This document shows, piece by piece, positions 25,878-38,404 of a DNA stretch of 64,000 bases (position 1 is the stretch's first letter; each line of letters starts with the position of its first letter). The translations under genes were made by a program, and so were the position numbers. Under the pieces are notes generated by a model. The model saw nothing but the letters and a program-made list of their open reading frames with translations. It had not been told where the DNA came from and did no database searches. The DNA comes from Mobula hypostoma (Eukaryota), in contig NC_086097.1 in NCBI RefSeq assembly GCF_963921235.1, positions 89,468,001 to 89,532,000 on the forward strand, read 5' to 3'.

Positions 25878-26588
25878 CGGCCAATTTATACTTTTGCGTC
25901 AGATCTACGCCATAGGTACAGCGTAGCCGCGTACCTCATGCCGTAGCCTGACGCGCACCTCCCCAAAAATGTAACTACACGGCAACACAGACCGCAACAA
26001 CTATGATTGGTCCGCTTGGTAGCATCGCATTTCCTCCTACACTGCAATAGCTTCCCATTGAGTGACTGAAGGGCAGAGAAGGAACTCTGGCTGCAATGCT
26101 TTCCATAAAGCTTTACAGACCTCTGAAATTATGGAGGACCCTGTGCTTGACACCAGTTTGTAGCTAGCTGCTGCAGCCTGTTGACTTCCACCTGAAGCTA
26201 AAATTTGAATGGTGATTACCAGTCTCTGAGTATACCGTGCGTACACCGATGCGAAACAAACGGTTGGAGACGATGAACCAAATCGTCAAATCTACCTGCC
26301 GACATCCGAAAATATCTGAAATGCATTTCCTCGTCCATGTCTCTCAGTGGCCGGACAAGCACAGAAAATTCATCCTCTTTCAATTTCAGTTGCCATTGTT
26401 TGAAGTTTGAGTTTCTTCATGTTGAGTTTCAACACGAAGAAACTCAACACAGTGGCACAGAAACCCCACCACGAACTAGCGTTTTGGCGGTGAATTGCAG
26501 AGCGACGCAGACACACCAACACTGTATGAATGCTCACAATGGCATAGGCCACTTGAGTAAGCTACTACACAGAAGTATACATCAGCCT
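25878..26588 (-). mobile_element. PIF/Harbinger internal-deletion derivative
   Basis: TTA TSD (25875-25877, 26589-26591), imperfect ~22-bp TIRs, transposase fragment [31 protein letters not shown] preceded by HFRYFRMS. Confidence 0.85.
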
Positions 26589-26669
26589 TTAGACTGATTG
26601 GGGACAAGGGGGCAATGGTTTTTGTTTCTTGGATTATTCTAAATAACGAATAAGGGGGCAAAATAAGAG

Positions 26670-27801
26670 TGCATTTGACAAGGTTCCACATTGTTGGCTT
26701 ATTCAGAAAGTTCGAAGGCATGGGATCCAGGGAAGTTTGGCCAGGTGGATTCAGAATTGGCTTGCCTGCAGAAGGCAGAGAGTCGTGGTGGAGGGAGTAC
26801 ATTCATATTGGAGGATTGTGACTAGTGGTGTCCCACAAGGATCGGTTCTGGGACCTCTACTTTTCGTAATTTTTATTAACGACCTGGCTATGGGGGTAGA
26901 AGGGTGGGTTGGCAAGTTTGCAGACGACACAAAGGTTGGTGTTGTAGATAGTGTAGAGGATTGTCAAAGATTGCAGAGAGACATTGACAGGATGCAGAAG
27001 TGGGCTGAGAAGTGGCAGATGGAGTTCAACCCGGAGAAGTGTGAGGTGGTACACTTTGGAAGGACAAACTCCAAGGCAGAGTACAAAGTAAATGGTAGGA
27101 TACTTGTTAGTGTGGAGGAGCAGAGGGATCTCGGGGTACATGTCCACAGATCCCTGAAAGTTGCCTCACAGGTGGATAGGGTAGTTAAGAAAGCTTATGG
27201 GGTGTTAGCTTTCATAAGTCGAGGGATAGAGTTTAAGAGTCGCGATGTAATGATGCAGCTCTATAAAACTCTAGTTAGGCCAGACTTGGAGTACTGTGTC
27301 CAGTTCTGGTCACCTCACTATAGGAAGGATGTGGAAGCATTGGAAAGGGTACAGAGGAGATTTACCAGGATGCTGCCTGGTTTAGAAAGTATGCATTATG
27401 ATCAGAGATTAAGGGAGCTAGAGCTTTACTCTTTGGAGAGAAGGAGGATGAGAGGAGACATGATAGAGGTGTACAAGATAATAAGAGGAATTGATAGAGT
27501 GGATAGCCAGAGCCTCTTCCCCAGGGCACCACTGCTCAATACAAGAGGACATGGCTTTAAGGTAAGGGGTGGGAAGCTCAAGGGGGATATTAGAGGAAGG
27601 TTTTTTACTCAGAGAGTGGTTGGTGCATGGAATGCACTGCCTGAGTCAGTGGTGGAGGCAGATACACTAGTGAAGTTTAAGAGACTACTAGACAGGTATA
27701 TGGAGGAATTTAAGGTGGGGGCTTATATGGGAGGCAGGGTTTGAGGGTCGGCACAACATTGTGGGCCGAAGGGCCTGTACTGTGCTGTACTATGTTCTAT
27801 G
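26670..27801 (+). mobile_element. Young 5'-truncated CR1 LINE
   Basis: 335-aa ORF with SGVPQGSVLGP, KFADDTK and LEYCVQFWSP; ctatgttctatg tail. Confidence 0.95.
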
Positions 27802-28771
27802 TAAAATGTTTTCAGGAAGATAAACAGGTGTCCATCTTGGAGATCACAGCGACATTCAGTGATATTACATATTAACTGCAAATAGCAACACGAAAAAAAA
27901 CATTTCTGCTGGATTAATTAATAACCCACATACTTCATCAGGTCAGAAGTACCTTGGTTTTTTTTTTATCCCAAGGAGTAAAATATTTCTATCTTTGCAA
28001 AGGTCAACTAATTCATGTCAGAGGGAAATAAATCGAGGCATACTCTTGCCTCATGATCTCCAGCTGAATAAGAAGTTTTAATGCAGAAACAGAACAGGGT
28101 TTACTTCAGGATACTGCACCAGGGATTGATGTCCTTAGTAAAGCATTTCATAGATATACACCCGATTACATACAAGTGCACAAACAGTTACATAATAGGA
28201 ACAAGCTGAATTAGCTTATATTGCAACAAATTATGATTGTTGATTTAAAGTTGTAATGATTGATATGCAAAACCATTTCTTCTGATGCATGAATGCAGAG
28301 TAAAGCAACACAAAATTAAAAATTGAGCATGCTACAGGGAAATCATACAAAGGGTAGTGGAAATCTCCAAGGATGGATGCCAGGGGGCAATGAGCTTTCA
28401 AGGCCATGCACATCCATGGACGCACAGTAACGACAACAGCATGGAACAGGCTGTGATCAAACAACAGCAGAGGTGATGCATGAGGCTGTTCCTTTCAAGC
28501 TGTTGGCAAAGACTGCTGGTTATTTTAACTGGTGAAGAGGACAGAGTACATCAAGGGAAATACTGCGTCTATCAAATTAAAATAGCGCATATCAAGGTGT
28601 CTTGTTTGCATTCAGCAACTTCATCCCAAAAAATAGATATTCTGTAGTTGCTATGATCGTAAGCCATTATTCCATGAACTTGCAAACATCCACTCCTTGT
28701 TAAGAATGGTACTGGTAAAAGGGGAAGCAGAAACTTTCCAGAGTTGGGATACCTGTCAATTGCTAATCTGC

Positions 28772-29216
28772 AAACACGAGGAAATCTGACTTCTCAAACT
28801 TCCGCTAATGACCCACCTCCCCCTCCCCCTCGTACCCCATCTGTTATTTATATACACACATTCTTCTTCTCTCGCTCCTTTTTCTCCCTCTGTCCCTCTC
28901 ACTATACCCCTTGCCCATCCTCTGGGTTTTTCCCCCCTTTCCCCTTTTCTTTCTCCCTGGGCCTCCTGTCCCATGATCCTCTCATATCCCTTTTGCCTAT
29001 CACCTGTCCAGCTCTTGGCTCCATCCCTCCCCCTCCTGTCTTCTCCTATCATTTCGGATCTCCCCCTCCCCCTCCCCCTCCCACTTTCAAATCTCTTACT
29101 GGTTCTTCTTCCAGTTAGTCCTGACAAAGGGACTCGGCCTGAAACGTCAACTGTACCTTTTCCTAGAGATGCTGCCTGGCCTGCTGCGTTCACCAGCAAC
29201 TTTGATGTGTGTTGCT
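28772..29216 (+). mobile_element. PLE tail insertion with a short inverted 5' segment
   Basis: Colinear with 50813-51231; flanked by ttgctaatctgc direct repeat (28760-28771, 29212-29223). Confidence 0.85.
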
Positions 29217-29299
29217 AATCTGCCACCTTTTTGGTTGCAAGATTTACAAATTACACCAATAATGTATTTATAATTACAGATTACACTGTGCTTACTTAC

Positions 29300-29332
29300 C
29301 ATTTGAAACTTGTTTACTTCTTTGGAGCTTAT
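29300..29332 (-). CDS. SRP14: SRP14 exon 4 (ISSKEVNKFQM)
   Basis: tttcag acceptor, gtaagt donor, 33 nt phase 0-0. Confidence 0.96.
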
Positions 29333-30699
29333 CTGAAAGAAAAAGGATAATTTAACAGCATAAATTTTTAATATTTGTTTCATCAGTTTATACATTCACC
29401 ACGATAAGAATAGGAGGGAGATCCTAAACACCCTGGCTCATTTCCACTTGTCGTTAGTCAACAGATTAAAAATTAGTAATTGACCTAACTTCAGATGTCA
29501 CTTACGGAAGAGCTGTGAATTTCTACCACCTCTCATGTCCTCAGGCCATCAAACAAAATAAAACCTAACAAAAGTTACACATTATAGCTCCAAATTTTCA
29601 ATTAAACTATATGTTAAACCTTGTAAATTCACTGCTAAATGACCCTTGGAGCCTAGATAGCTGCCGCTAGCTGCAATTCTTCCCACAGATAAATAGTTCC
29701 AGCCAAAAGAAAGCAAATATTGGCTTAAAGGTGGGCACATGGGATTGCTGTAGAATTTAGACGAGGTACTTCTCATGTTCTAACAGACAAGTCCAAGAGC
29801 CTGCAGCTGAAAGAGACATTAGCCTCAAATTATTTGCTCCTCCCCCCCACCCCGACCCCAGAAAATATGCAGACAATAGGTAGAAAATGATCCCCCTCAG
29901 TCACAGATCCTTACAATTCGGTCACTGAGATTATAATCTCAAGTGCCTGCTCTTAATTTAACCCCTAGTACCCAACACTCATGAAACTGTGCCACTCAGC
30001 TACAGAGTCAAAGGAATAATTCCAGTCACAATGACTGCATCTTACGAGTTCCACTCAACCCCGCTTAACCGCACCAATTTTTATAGATGTTGTGCAAGGG
30101 TCAGGGTTTCATGTTATATGTTAACGGTTCGGAGGACAGAATTGATGGTTTTGTGGCCTTGCCTGCAGATGATAGGTGGAGGGGCAGGTAGCACAGAGGA
30201 ATGAGGAAGCAGGAATCCTGTAGAAGAACTTGGACAGATTAGGAGAACAAGCAAAGAAGCGGAAGATGGAATCAGTGTAGGGAAGTGCACTTCAGTAGAT
30301 GGAATAAAGGCATAGATTACATTCTAAACCAGTAGCAAATTCAGAAAACAGAGGAGCAAAGGGACTTGGGAGGCCTAATGTAAAATTCTACAAAGGTTAA
30401 AACTTCTGCAGAGAGCTGGAGACAGCGCTTAGTCAGAAGTTTCCAAAGGTTAAAAGGTCTGCTGAGCAGGAGATCTGAGAGGGTTGGAGATAGTTCCTTA
30501 TGGACCTTACACATCAGTTTTAAAAAGAAAGCAAGGTCTGTCGGGACTTGTCTGCAGGGCAGGAGATCACCTGGGTTATTAGCAACTTATCAATGGGCCA
30601 ATAAAGAGAAGCGAAGTGTACACATAGTGGGCACTGTGGGAGCAGCGACTGTTGGGGTAGTCCAGGGTTTGAGTGGGTGCTTTGGCTCAACAAGTTTCA

Positions 30700-33590
30700 G
30701 TGAGAACAGGCGGAGGCAAAGAGTAGCGAGTTGTTTGGAACCATTTCTTTGATTGTAGACCTTAGGCTTGAGAAATTAGAGCCAAAGATACAATATGCTC
30801 AGCAAGAGGCTGAGTAAGTGACCCAGTAAGCGTGAAACTCAAAGTGACCACACCTGTAGGAAGTGCATCCAACTTTAGCTCCTGACTGACAAGGTCAAGG
30901 AACTGGAACTGGAGCTGAATGTACTTTGGACCATTTGGGAGGCTGAAAACCTCAGACAAGACTTGGTGGCCATACACAGAGTACAGGCTTCAGATAGTAG
31001 ATGGGTGATCACCAGAAGGAATGGGAGTAAGCAGTCAGTGCGTCAATGCAAGGTTCCCATGACCATTCTCCTCAGCAATAAGTATACCCCTTTGGATACT
31101 TCTGTGGGGGGGGGGGGTGTGGGAGATGACCTATCAGGGCACAGCAGCAGCCAGGTCAGTGGCACTGTGTGACCAGCTCTCAGGCTCAGCAGTGAAGGGT
31201 AAATTTAGGTAGAGTGATAGTGATAGGAGTCTCGATAGTTAGATGGACAGACAGGAGATTCTTTGGCCGCGAAAGAGATGCCAGGATAGTGTATTGCCTC
31301 CCAAAATTAAGGACCAGGATATCTCAGAGTGGCTACACAATATTCTCAAGGAGGAGGGTGAGAAGCCAGAGGTTGTGGTGCACATTGGCACCACTGACAT
31401 AGGTAGAAAGGGGGAAAGAGACTGAAGTGCAGGTAGAAATCTCTGGATTACTCCAGTGACACACACTAGTCATAGCAGAAATAGGATGATAGTACAGATA
31501 CATGAGTAGCTGAGGATCTAGTGAATGGAGCAGGGAACCAATATCCAGGCTGGGAAGATTGCTAGTGCCTGTTCTGAAGGTTTAAACTAGTTTGGCAGGG
31601 GGATGGAAACCAGGTCAGAACGTGGAGGGATGGACAGGAAAGTAGAATTTGGAGCCAGTAAAAACAAGCAGGAGCAAAGTAACAGATACAATAAGACAAG
31701 TAGTTTGAAGTGTGTGTATTTTAAATGCTATAGGTATTACAGGTAAAGGTGATGAACTTAGATGATGGATCAGTACATGAAATTATGATGTTGTGGCCAT
31801 AACAGATACTTGGTTGAGAGAAGGACAGGAATGGGTGCTTAATGTCCCAGAGTTTCAATGTTTTAGAAAAGACAGAGAGGGAGGTAAAAGAGGTACTGGA
31901 GTTGCACTACTAATCAGGGATAATATTACAGCTGCACCCAGAGGGGACATAATGGAGGGATCGTCCACTGAGTCTATATGGGTAAAGCTCAAAAATAGGA
32001 AGGGTGCAGTCATTCTGATGGGATTATACTGCAGATCCCCCAGTAGTCACCAGGATTTTGAGGAACATATATGCAGTCAGATTAAGGAAAGGTATAAAAA
32101 CATTAGCGCTGTTGTCATGGAAAACTTCAACTTCCCTTAAACTGGTATCTTCTTAGCGCAAGAGATTTCGATGGGGCAGAAATTGTTAAGTGCATCCAGG
32201 AGAGTTTCCTAAATCAGTATGCATAGACCAACAAGAGGATGAGCTGTACTGGACAAGGTTTGGGTAATGAGCCTGTCCAGATGATTGACCTTTCAGTGGG
32301 TGAACAGTGACCACAACTCATTAAGCTTTATGATAGCTATACATAAGGGTAAGTATGGCCCTTGCAGGAGAGTATTAAAATGGAGCACTGCAAATTACAA
32401 AAGCATTAGGCAGGAACCAGGGAAAGTTCATTGGGAACAAATGTTTTGGGGCAAGACCACATCTGACATGTGGAGGGTGTTTAAGGACCAACTGCAAACA
32501 GCACAGGACAGGTACGTTCCAGTCAGAAGGAAGGACAAGGATGGCAATTTAAGAGAACTTTGGATGTTGAGAGAAGCGATGAATTTAGTCAAGGAGGAGG
32601 AAAAGGAAAGTACGTAAAGCTTAGGAAGCTATAATCAAACAGAGCCCTTTAGGATTACAAAGAAGACAGAACAGAAGCGAAATTAAGAAAGCCAGGTGAA
32701 GCCATGAAAAGTCTTTGGTAACTAGGATTAAAGAGAATCCCAAGGTATTCATCAAGAGCAACAAGATAAATAGGGAGAGGGTAGGACCACTCAACATTTG
32801 CTTGGATGTGGAGGATGTGGGGGAGGCCCTTAATAAGTACTTTACATCAGTATTAATGAAGTAGTAATGTGGAGGATAGGGAGATCAGTGCTGAGCGTAT
32901 TGATATGCTAGAGTATTTTGAGGTAAAGGAGGAGGTAGCGTTGGGTCTCCTAAAGAGCATTAAGGTGTACAAGTCCCTAGCCTGACGAAATATACTCCAG
33001 GTTATTGACGGAGGCAAGTGAAAAGATTGCTGGAACTTTGATCAATATCTTAGCATCCTCTCTAGCCACAGGCAAGTTCCCAAGGACTGGTGAATACCTA
33101 ATGGTGTTTCTTTGTTCAAGAAGGGGACCAGGGATAATTCTGAAAGCTATAGTCTCATGTCTGTGGTAGGGAAGAGAATTCTTATGGATAGGACTTATGA
33201 GCATTTGGAAAACCCTGGCCTAGTTATGGAGAGCCAGCATGCCATTGTACAGAGCAGGTTTTGTCTTACTAACTTGATTGAGTTTTTTGACGAGGCAACG
33301 AGGGTGATTTAAGGTAGAGATGTGGACGTTGTCTACATAGATTTTAGTAAGGGTTTTGACAAAGTCCCTCAGGGGAGGCTCATCCAGAAGATTGACATAC
33401 ATGGGATCCATGGTAAATTGGTCATTTGGATTCAGAACTGACTTGCCGAGAGAAGACAGAGGGTAGCGGTTGAGGGGACTTACTTTCGCGGAGGTCTGTG
33501 ATTAATGGTGTTCCATGGGGATCTGTACTAGGACCTTTACTGTTTGTGATGTATAACGTAAAAGATTGGTGAAGAATGCAGCAGGATATA
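30700..33590 (+). mobile_element. Long decayed CR1 LINE: ORF1 esterase, APE and RT remnants
   Basis: ORF1-like VIGVSIVR..IVYCLP and EVVVHIGTTDIG; APE AITDTWL..GVALLI; RT start QHAIVQSRFCLTNLIEFFD; broken by Tc1 at a TA. Confidence 0.88.
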
Positions 33591-34839
33591 CAGTGGCATG
33601 CAAAAGTTCGGGCACCCCAGTCAAACTTTCTGTTACTGTGAATAGCTAAGCGGGTAAAAGATGAACTGATTTCCAAAAGGCATAAAGTTAAAGATGACAC
33701 CTTTCTTTAATATCTTAAGCAAGAAAACTTCTTTAATTCCATCTTTTACAGTTTCAAAATAACAAAAAAGGAAAAGGGCCCAAAGCAAAAGTTTAGGCAC
33801 CCTGCATGGTCAGTACTTAGTAACACCCCCTTTGGCAAGTATCACAGCTTGTAAACGCTTTTTGTAGCCAGCTAAGAGTCTTTCAATTCTTGTTTGGGGG
33901 ATTTTCACCCATTTTTCCTTGCAAAAGGCTTCTAGTTCTGTCAGATTCTTGGGCCGTCTTGCATGCACTGCTCTTTTGAGGTCTATCCACAGATTCTCGA
34001 TGATGTTTACGTCAGGGGACAGTGAGGGCGATGGCAAAATCTTCAGCTTGAGCCTCTTGAGGTAGTCCATTGTGGATTTTGAGGTGTGTTTAGGATCATT
34101 ATCCTGTTGCAGAAGCCATCCTCTTTTCACCTTCAGCTTTTTTTTTTACAGACGGTGTGATGTTTGCTTCCAGAATTTGCTGGTATTTAATTGAATTCAT
34201 TCTTCCCTCTGCCAGTAAATGTTCCCCGTGCCACTGGCTGCAACACAAGCCCAAAGCATGATCGATTCACCTCCATGCTTAGCAGTTGGAGAGGGGTTCT
34301 TTTCATGAAATTCTGCACCCTTTTTTCCTCCAAACATACCTTTTCTCATTGTGGCCAAAAAGTTCTATTTTAACTTCATCAGTCTTGTTTCCAAAATGCG
34401 TCAGGCTTGTTTAGATATTCCTTTGAACCTTTTGAATAGAACTTGATGATGATGACTACGTTGACTCAGACCTGAGAGGTCAGTATCGGGCATTTTCATG
34501 CCTTACAAGGAAGAATGGACGAAAATCCCCCAAACAAGAATTGAAAGACTCTCAGCTGGCTACAAAAAAGCGGTTACAAGTTGTGATACTTGCCAAACGG
34601 GGTGTTACTAAGTACTGACCATGCAGGATGCCCAAACTTTTGCTTCGGACCCTTTTCCTTTTTTGTTATTTTGAAACTGTACAAGATGAAAATAAAAAAA
34701 AGTTTTCTTAATTAAAATATTAAAGAAATGTGTCATCTTTAACCTTATGCCTTTTGGAAATCAGTTCATCTTTTACTCGCTTAGCTATTCACAGTAACAG
34801 AAATTGTGACCAGTGGTGCCAAACTTTTGCCTGCCACTG
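33591..34839 (-). mobile_element. Non-autonomous Tc1-family element with ~330-bp inverted arms
   Basis: TA TSD, CAGTGGCA..CAAAAGTT termini, transposase C-terminus QQDNDPKH..SPDVNIIENLW..GGVTKY (33810-34130). Confidence 0.92.
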
Positions 34840-35239
34840 TAGATCAGCGATGGGTAGTTGCAATTATCTACTGCCTTAAGTTCACAAGGTGCTTCGAAAT
34901 GGAGGCATTTCTTTTGCCATGTAGTGAATTCCCTTCAGTGAAAATTCTCAAATGTTTTAAAACCATCTTGTATGCTCATATAGACGACTATAATATTCAA
35001 AGCAAGGCACCATGAATACATTCTGGAGGTTTCCAAAAGTCTGTGGATGTTGTAGATCAACATTTGATTTTTAAATTGAGCTTGATAGATAGGTTATCCA
35101 AGGCATTAAGTAATGTAGAAATAAGGTAAATAAATGAACTCAAGATTCAACTGAAAAGGAGGAACACGCAGGGCTGAATCAGCTCCTGCTTTTATTTGTT
35201 GGTTTTAGGGCTGCTGCTCACCGTCATCCTGTCACTTAC

Positions 35240-35352
35240 CACTGTGCTGATCTTCTTTTTCCCATCTGTTGCCCGCAGGAGACACTTGTTATCAGCAGGT
35301 TCAAAATTGTCAGGGTTCCCTTTCCGCGGAACTGGTTTTGTCCGACCATCAT
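35240..35352 (-). CDS. SRP14: SRP14 exon 3 ([Y]DGRTKPVPRKGNPDNFEPADNKCLLRATDGKKKISTV)
   Basis: ag/gtaagt boundaries, 113 nt phase 1-0; CLLRATDGKKKISTV signature. Confidence 0.97.
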
Positions 35353-35845
35353 CTACAGGAAGGGAAGCATTAATACCTGTCATTTCTCTTCAATTCACAT
35401 ACCTCAAGATTTATAACCCTCTCTACCCACTTCCAGCCCAATAATCTCAAATTTCAGTGTTCCCACAACAATAGACACTGTGTTCTGCTTTCAGTCGCCC
35501 CACCAGGCAGCTGTGGCATCAACTATCTTGGCCCCAAGCTCTGGGATTACTTCCTTATTCATATATCCTAACAATTTCCTTCATAGCTGGGTGTAAAAAG
35601 TTTGGGCACATCGTTAAAGGTGCTACACGAGCAAGACTTTGACTAACCTCTGAACTCTATCCAAGAGGTAACAGGGGAGCCGCAGGACCACCACTCACAT
35701 TTCAGACATCCCAATATGTGGTACAACAGTAGAGCAGTGATTAAACACAATTAAAGCCCAGGGTGTGCAAGAGATCCAGATGGAACACCAAGTACCAACA
35801 GTACAAAGCTCTGGAAATTATCTTCGTCTGTTACCCAACTTACAC

Positions 35846-36596
35846 CAGCGGTCCCCAACCACCAGGCCGCGGACCAGTACCGGGCCGCAAAGCATGCGCT
35901 ACCGAGCCGCGAGGAAATGATATGAGTCAGCTGCGCCTTTCCTCATTCCCTGTCACGCACTGTTGAACTTGAACATAGGGTTGCCAGCCGTCCCATATTT
36001 GCCGGGACATCCCGTATATTGGGCTAAATTGGTTTGTCCCATATTTACCCCGCTAAGGTACAGCGTTCCAATGAAACCTTTTGTGCCGAAATGGCGTGAA
36101 GCGAAGAAGCAATTACCATTAATTTATATGGAAAAATTTTTGAGCTTTTCCAGACCCAAAAAATAACCTACCGAATCATACCAAATAACACATAAAACTG
36201 AAAGTAAATAACACTAACATATAGTAAAAGCAGGAATGATATGATAAATACACAGCCTATATAAAGTAGAAATAACATACGTACAGTGTAGTCGGGAAGA
36301 TGCAGGCAAAACTGAGAAAATCGGCACGTACGCACATGCACACATTAGATGAGCACGTCACGCATGCGCACACAGGTGCCCACGTAAGGCTTCATGGTCA
36401 TGGTAGTCTTTCCTGAGGTAAAGTGTCCCGGGGTTTGACTGCTACTTTTGTCCCTAATTTGGGAGTGAGAAAGTTGGCAACCCTAACTGTAAAAGACATA
36501 TTGAGGTGAGTTTAACCCTACTTGAACAACCCACCGGTCGGCCAGTCCGCAAGAATATTGTCAATATTAAACCGGTCCGCACTGCAAAAAAGGTTG
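35846..36596. mobile_element. Non-autonomous hAT (Charlie/Buster-type) MITE containing a nested hAT element
   Basis: 8-bp TSD acttacac (35838-35845, 36597-36604); left TIR CAGCGGTCCCCAACC; right TIR truncated to GGTTG. Confidence 0.85.
35976..36520. mobile_element. Nested non-autonomous hAT element (TAGGGTTGCCA termini)
   Basis: TAGGGTTGCCA at 35976 and TGGCAACCCTA ending 36485; 8-bp TSD cttgaaca at 35968-35975 and 36521-36528. Confidence 0.8.
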
Positions 36597-37279
36597 ACTT
36601 ACACTTAGCAGAGGCCATCTCAAATGGTACAGCAAAATATGAGCTTCCAAAGGAAATTCTAAATTCATCTTAGAGTCAGAGTCAAGTAGTCTTCAAGATT
36701 GCAAGGAATCCGTTTAGTTCTAAGTGTTGCCAGAGAAAGGGATGGAGTTAATGGGTAGGGACTGAGGTTGTAGTGGGGCCCCTGATCATTCAGTCCTGGG
36801 TGTCAGACAATTTAGACACTGGAAGGTAATAGTGGGTAAAGCTGGTACATCTGCATACATGTGCAAACTCATTGCTGATAAACCACATGACCAGGAAATT
36901 AACTACAGAAGATAAACGGGGGCAATTAAAGTTAGATCCTTAAGAAACACAGGAGGGAATGAGTGATTCTGATTAGAATTGGAAAGATTAGAATGAATCC
37001 TGGGAAGGGCAGTCCTACCCATATGGTGATGGCAGGGAGTATTACAGATGACTTCAATTGTTCTTAAAATCAAAGGTTTACTTCCACTCTGTTCCAAATT
37101 GACTGACAGTTCAATGTGGAATCTAGAAACATTGGAGGGAGATTTTCAGACAACTACATTAAAAAAAATCTCCAAACCGTTTGAGAAGTCCAAAGAGAAT
37201 AAACCTTCACAATCAGGTAGAATGTCATTTAAAGAATTGAACAGAGCTGAACATCTCGTTGACAATCCACACAGGTTGC

Positions 37280-38090
37280 ATGCTTAACCCACTGCTCTAC
37301 TCTCTCTACACTCATGACTGTGTGGCTAGGCATGGCTCAAAGTCCATCGATAAATTCACCAATGACAAAACTATAGTTGGCAGAATCTCAAATGGTAGAG
37401 GAGTGAGATAGATTGGTTTGGATGAGTGGTATTGGAAAACAACCTTACACTCAACATCGGTGAGACCAAGGACGGGAAGTTGGGAGAACAGACCAGTCCT
37501 CAAAGGGTCAGCAGCTTCCTGGGTGTCAAGATATCTTATCCTGAGCCCAACATCTAATTACAAGGAAGGCACGACAGTGGCTAAATTTCATTTGAAGCTT
37601 GAGGAGATTTGATATGTCACCAAAGACTTTTGCGAATTTCTACAGGTGTACAGTAGAGTGCATTCTAACTGGCTGCATCACCACTGGAGGATCAAGAAAA
37701 GCTGCAGCGGGTTGAACACTCGGCCAGTTCCACCATGATCACTGAACTCCCCACCATCGAGGACATGCTCAAAAGGTGATGCAAGAAGCTGGCATCCATC
37801 ATTAAGGACCCTCACCATGCAGAACATGCTTCTTCTCACTACAATCAGAGAGGATGTACAGGAGCCTAAAGACACACTCAACATCTTCTTCCCCTCCAAC
37901 ATCAGATTTCTGAATGGTCCATGAACATCAGCTCACTATTTCTGCTTTTTTGCACTACATTTTTATGTACTGTATATTTCTTACCATAACTTGTAATTAT
38001 AATACACTTCCAATTTCTTATATGCCATGCACTGTACTGCTGCCGCAAAACAACAAATTTCATGACATATGTTGTGATAACAAACCCAAT
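37280..38090 (+). mobile_element. Old Rex1/Babar-type LINE 3' fragment
   Basis: Same decayed RT and 3' end blocks as 15845-16945. Confidence 0.7.
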
Positions 38091-38404
38091 TCTGAGCTCT
38101 TCAATATTTTGACAGGATTGGAAACCTGATGGAGAAACTGAAACAAATTTAAGAGGTTTAATGGCTTTGGTAGATTGGAGATTGGCAGGAGACACCACAG
38201 AGGGAAAAGCCAATAGATTTTTTTTACAGGAATGGAGAAATTGACACCAAATTTGAAAGAGGGAGGCTTAACATGAGAGGATAGTAACCCATCAACAAAA
38301 CCTTGGTTTGATAGCTTATCTGAAGGACAACACATCCAGCAACACAACACAGCAAAGCACAGGAATATTAGCCTGGATTGTAGTCTGAGTTACCTTAAAA
38401 TCCA

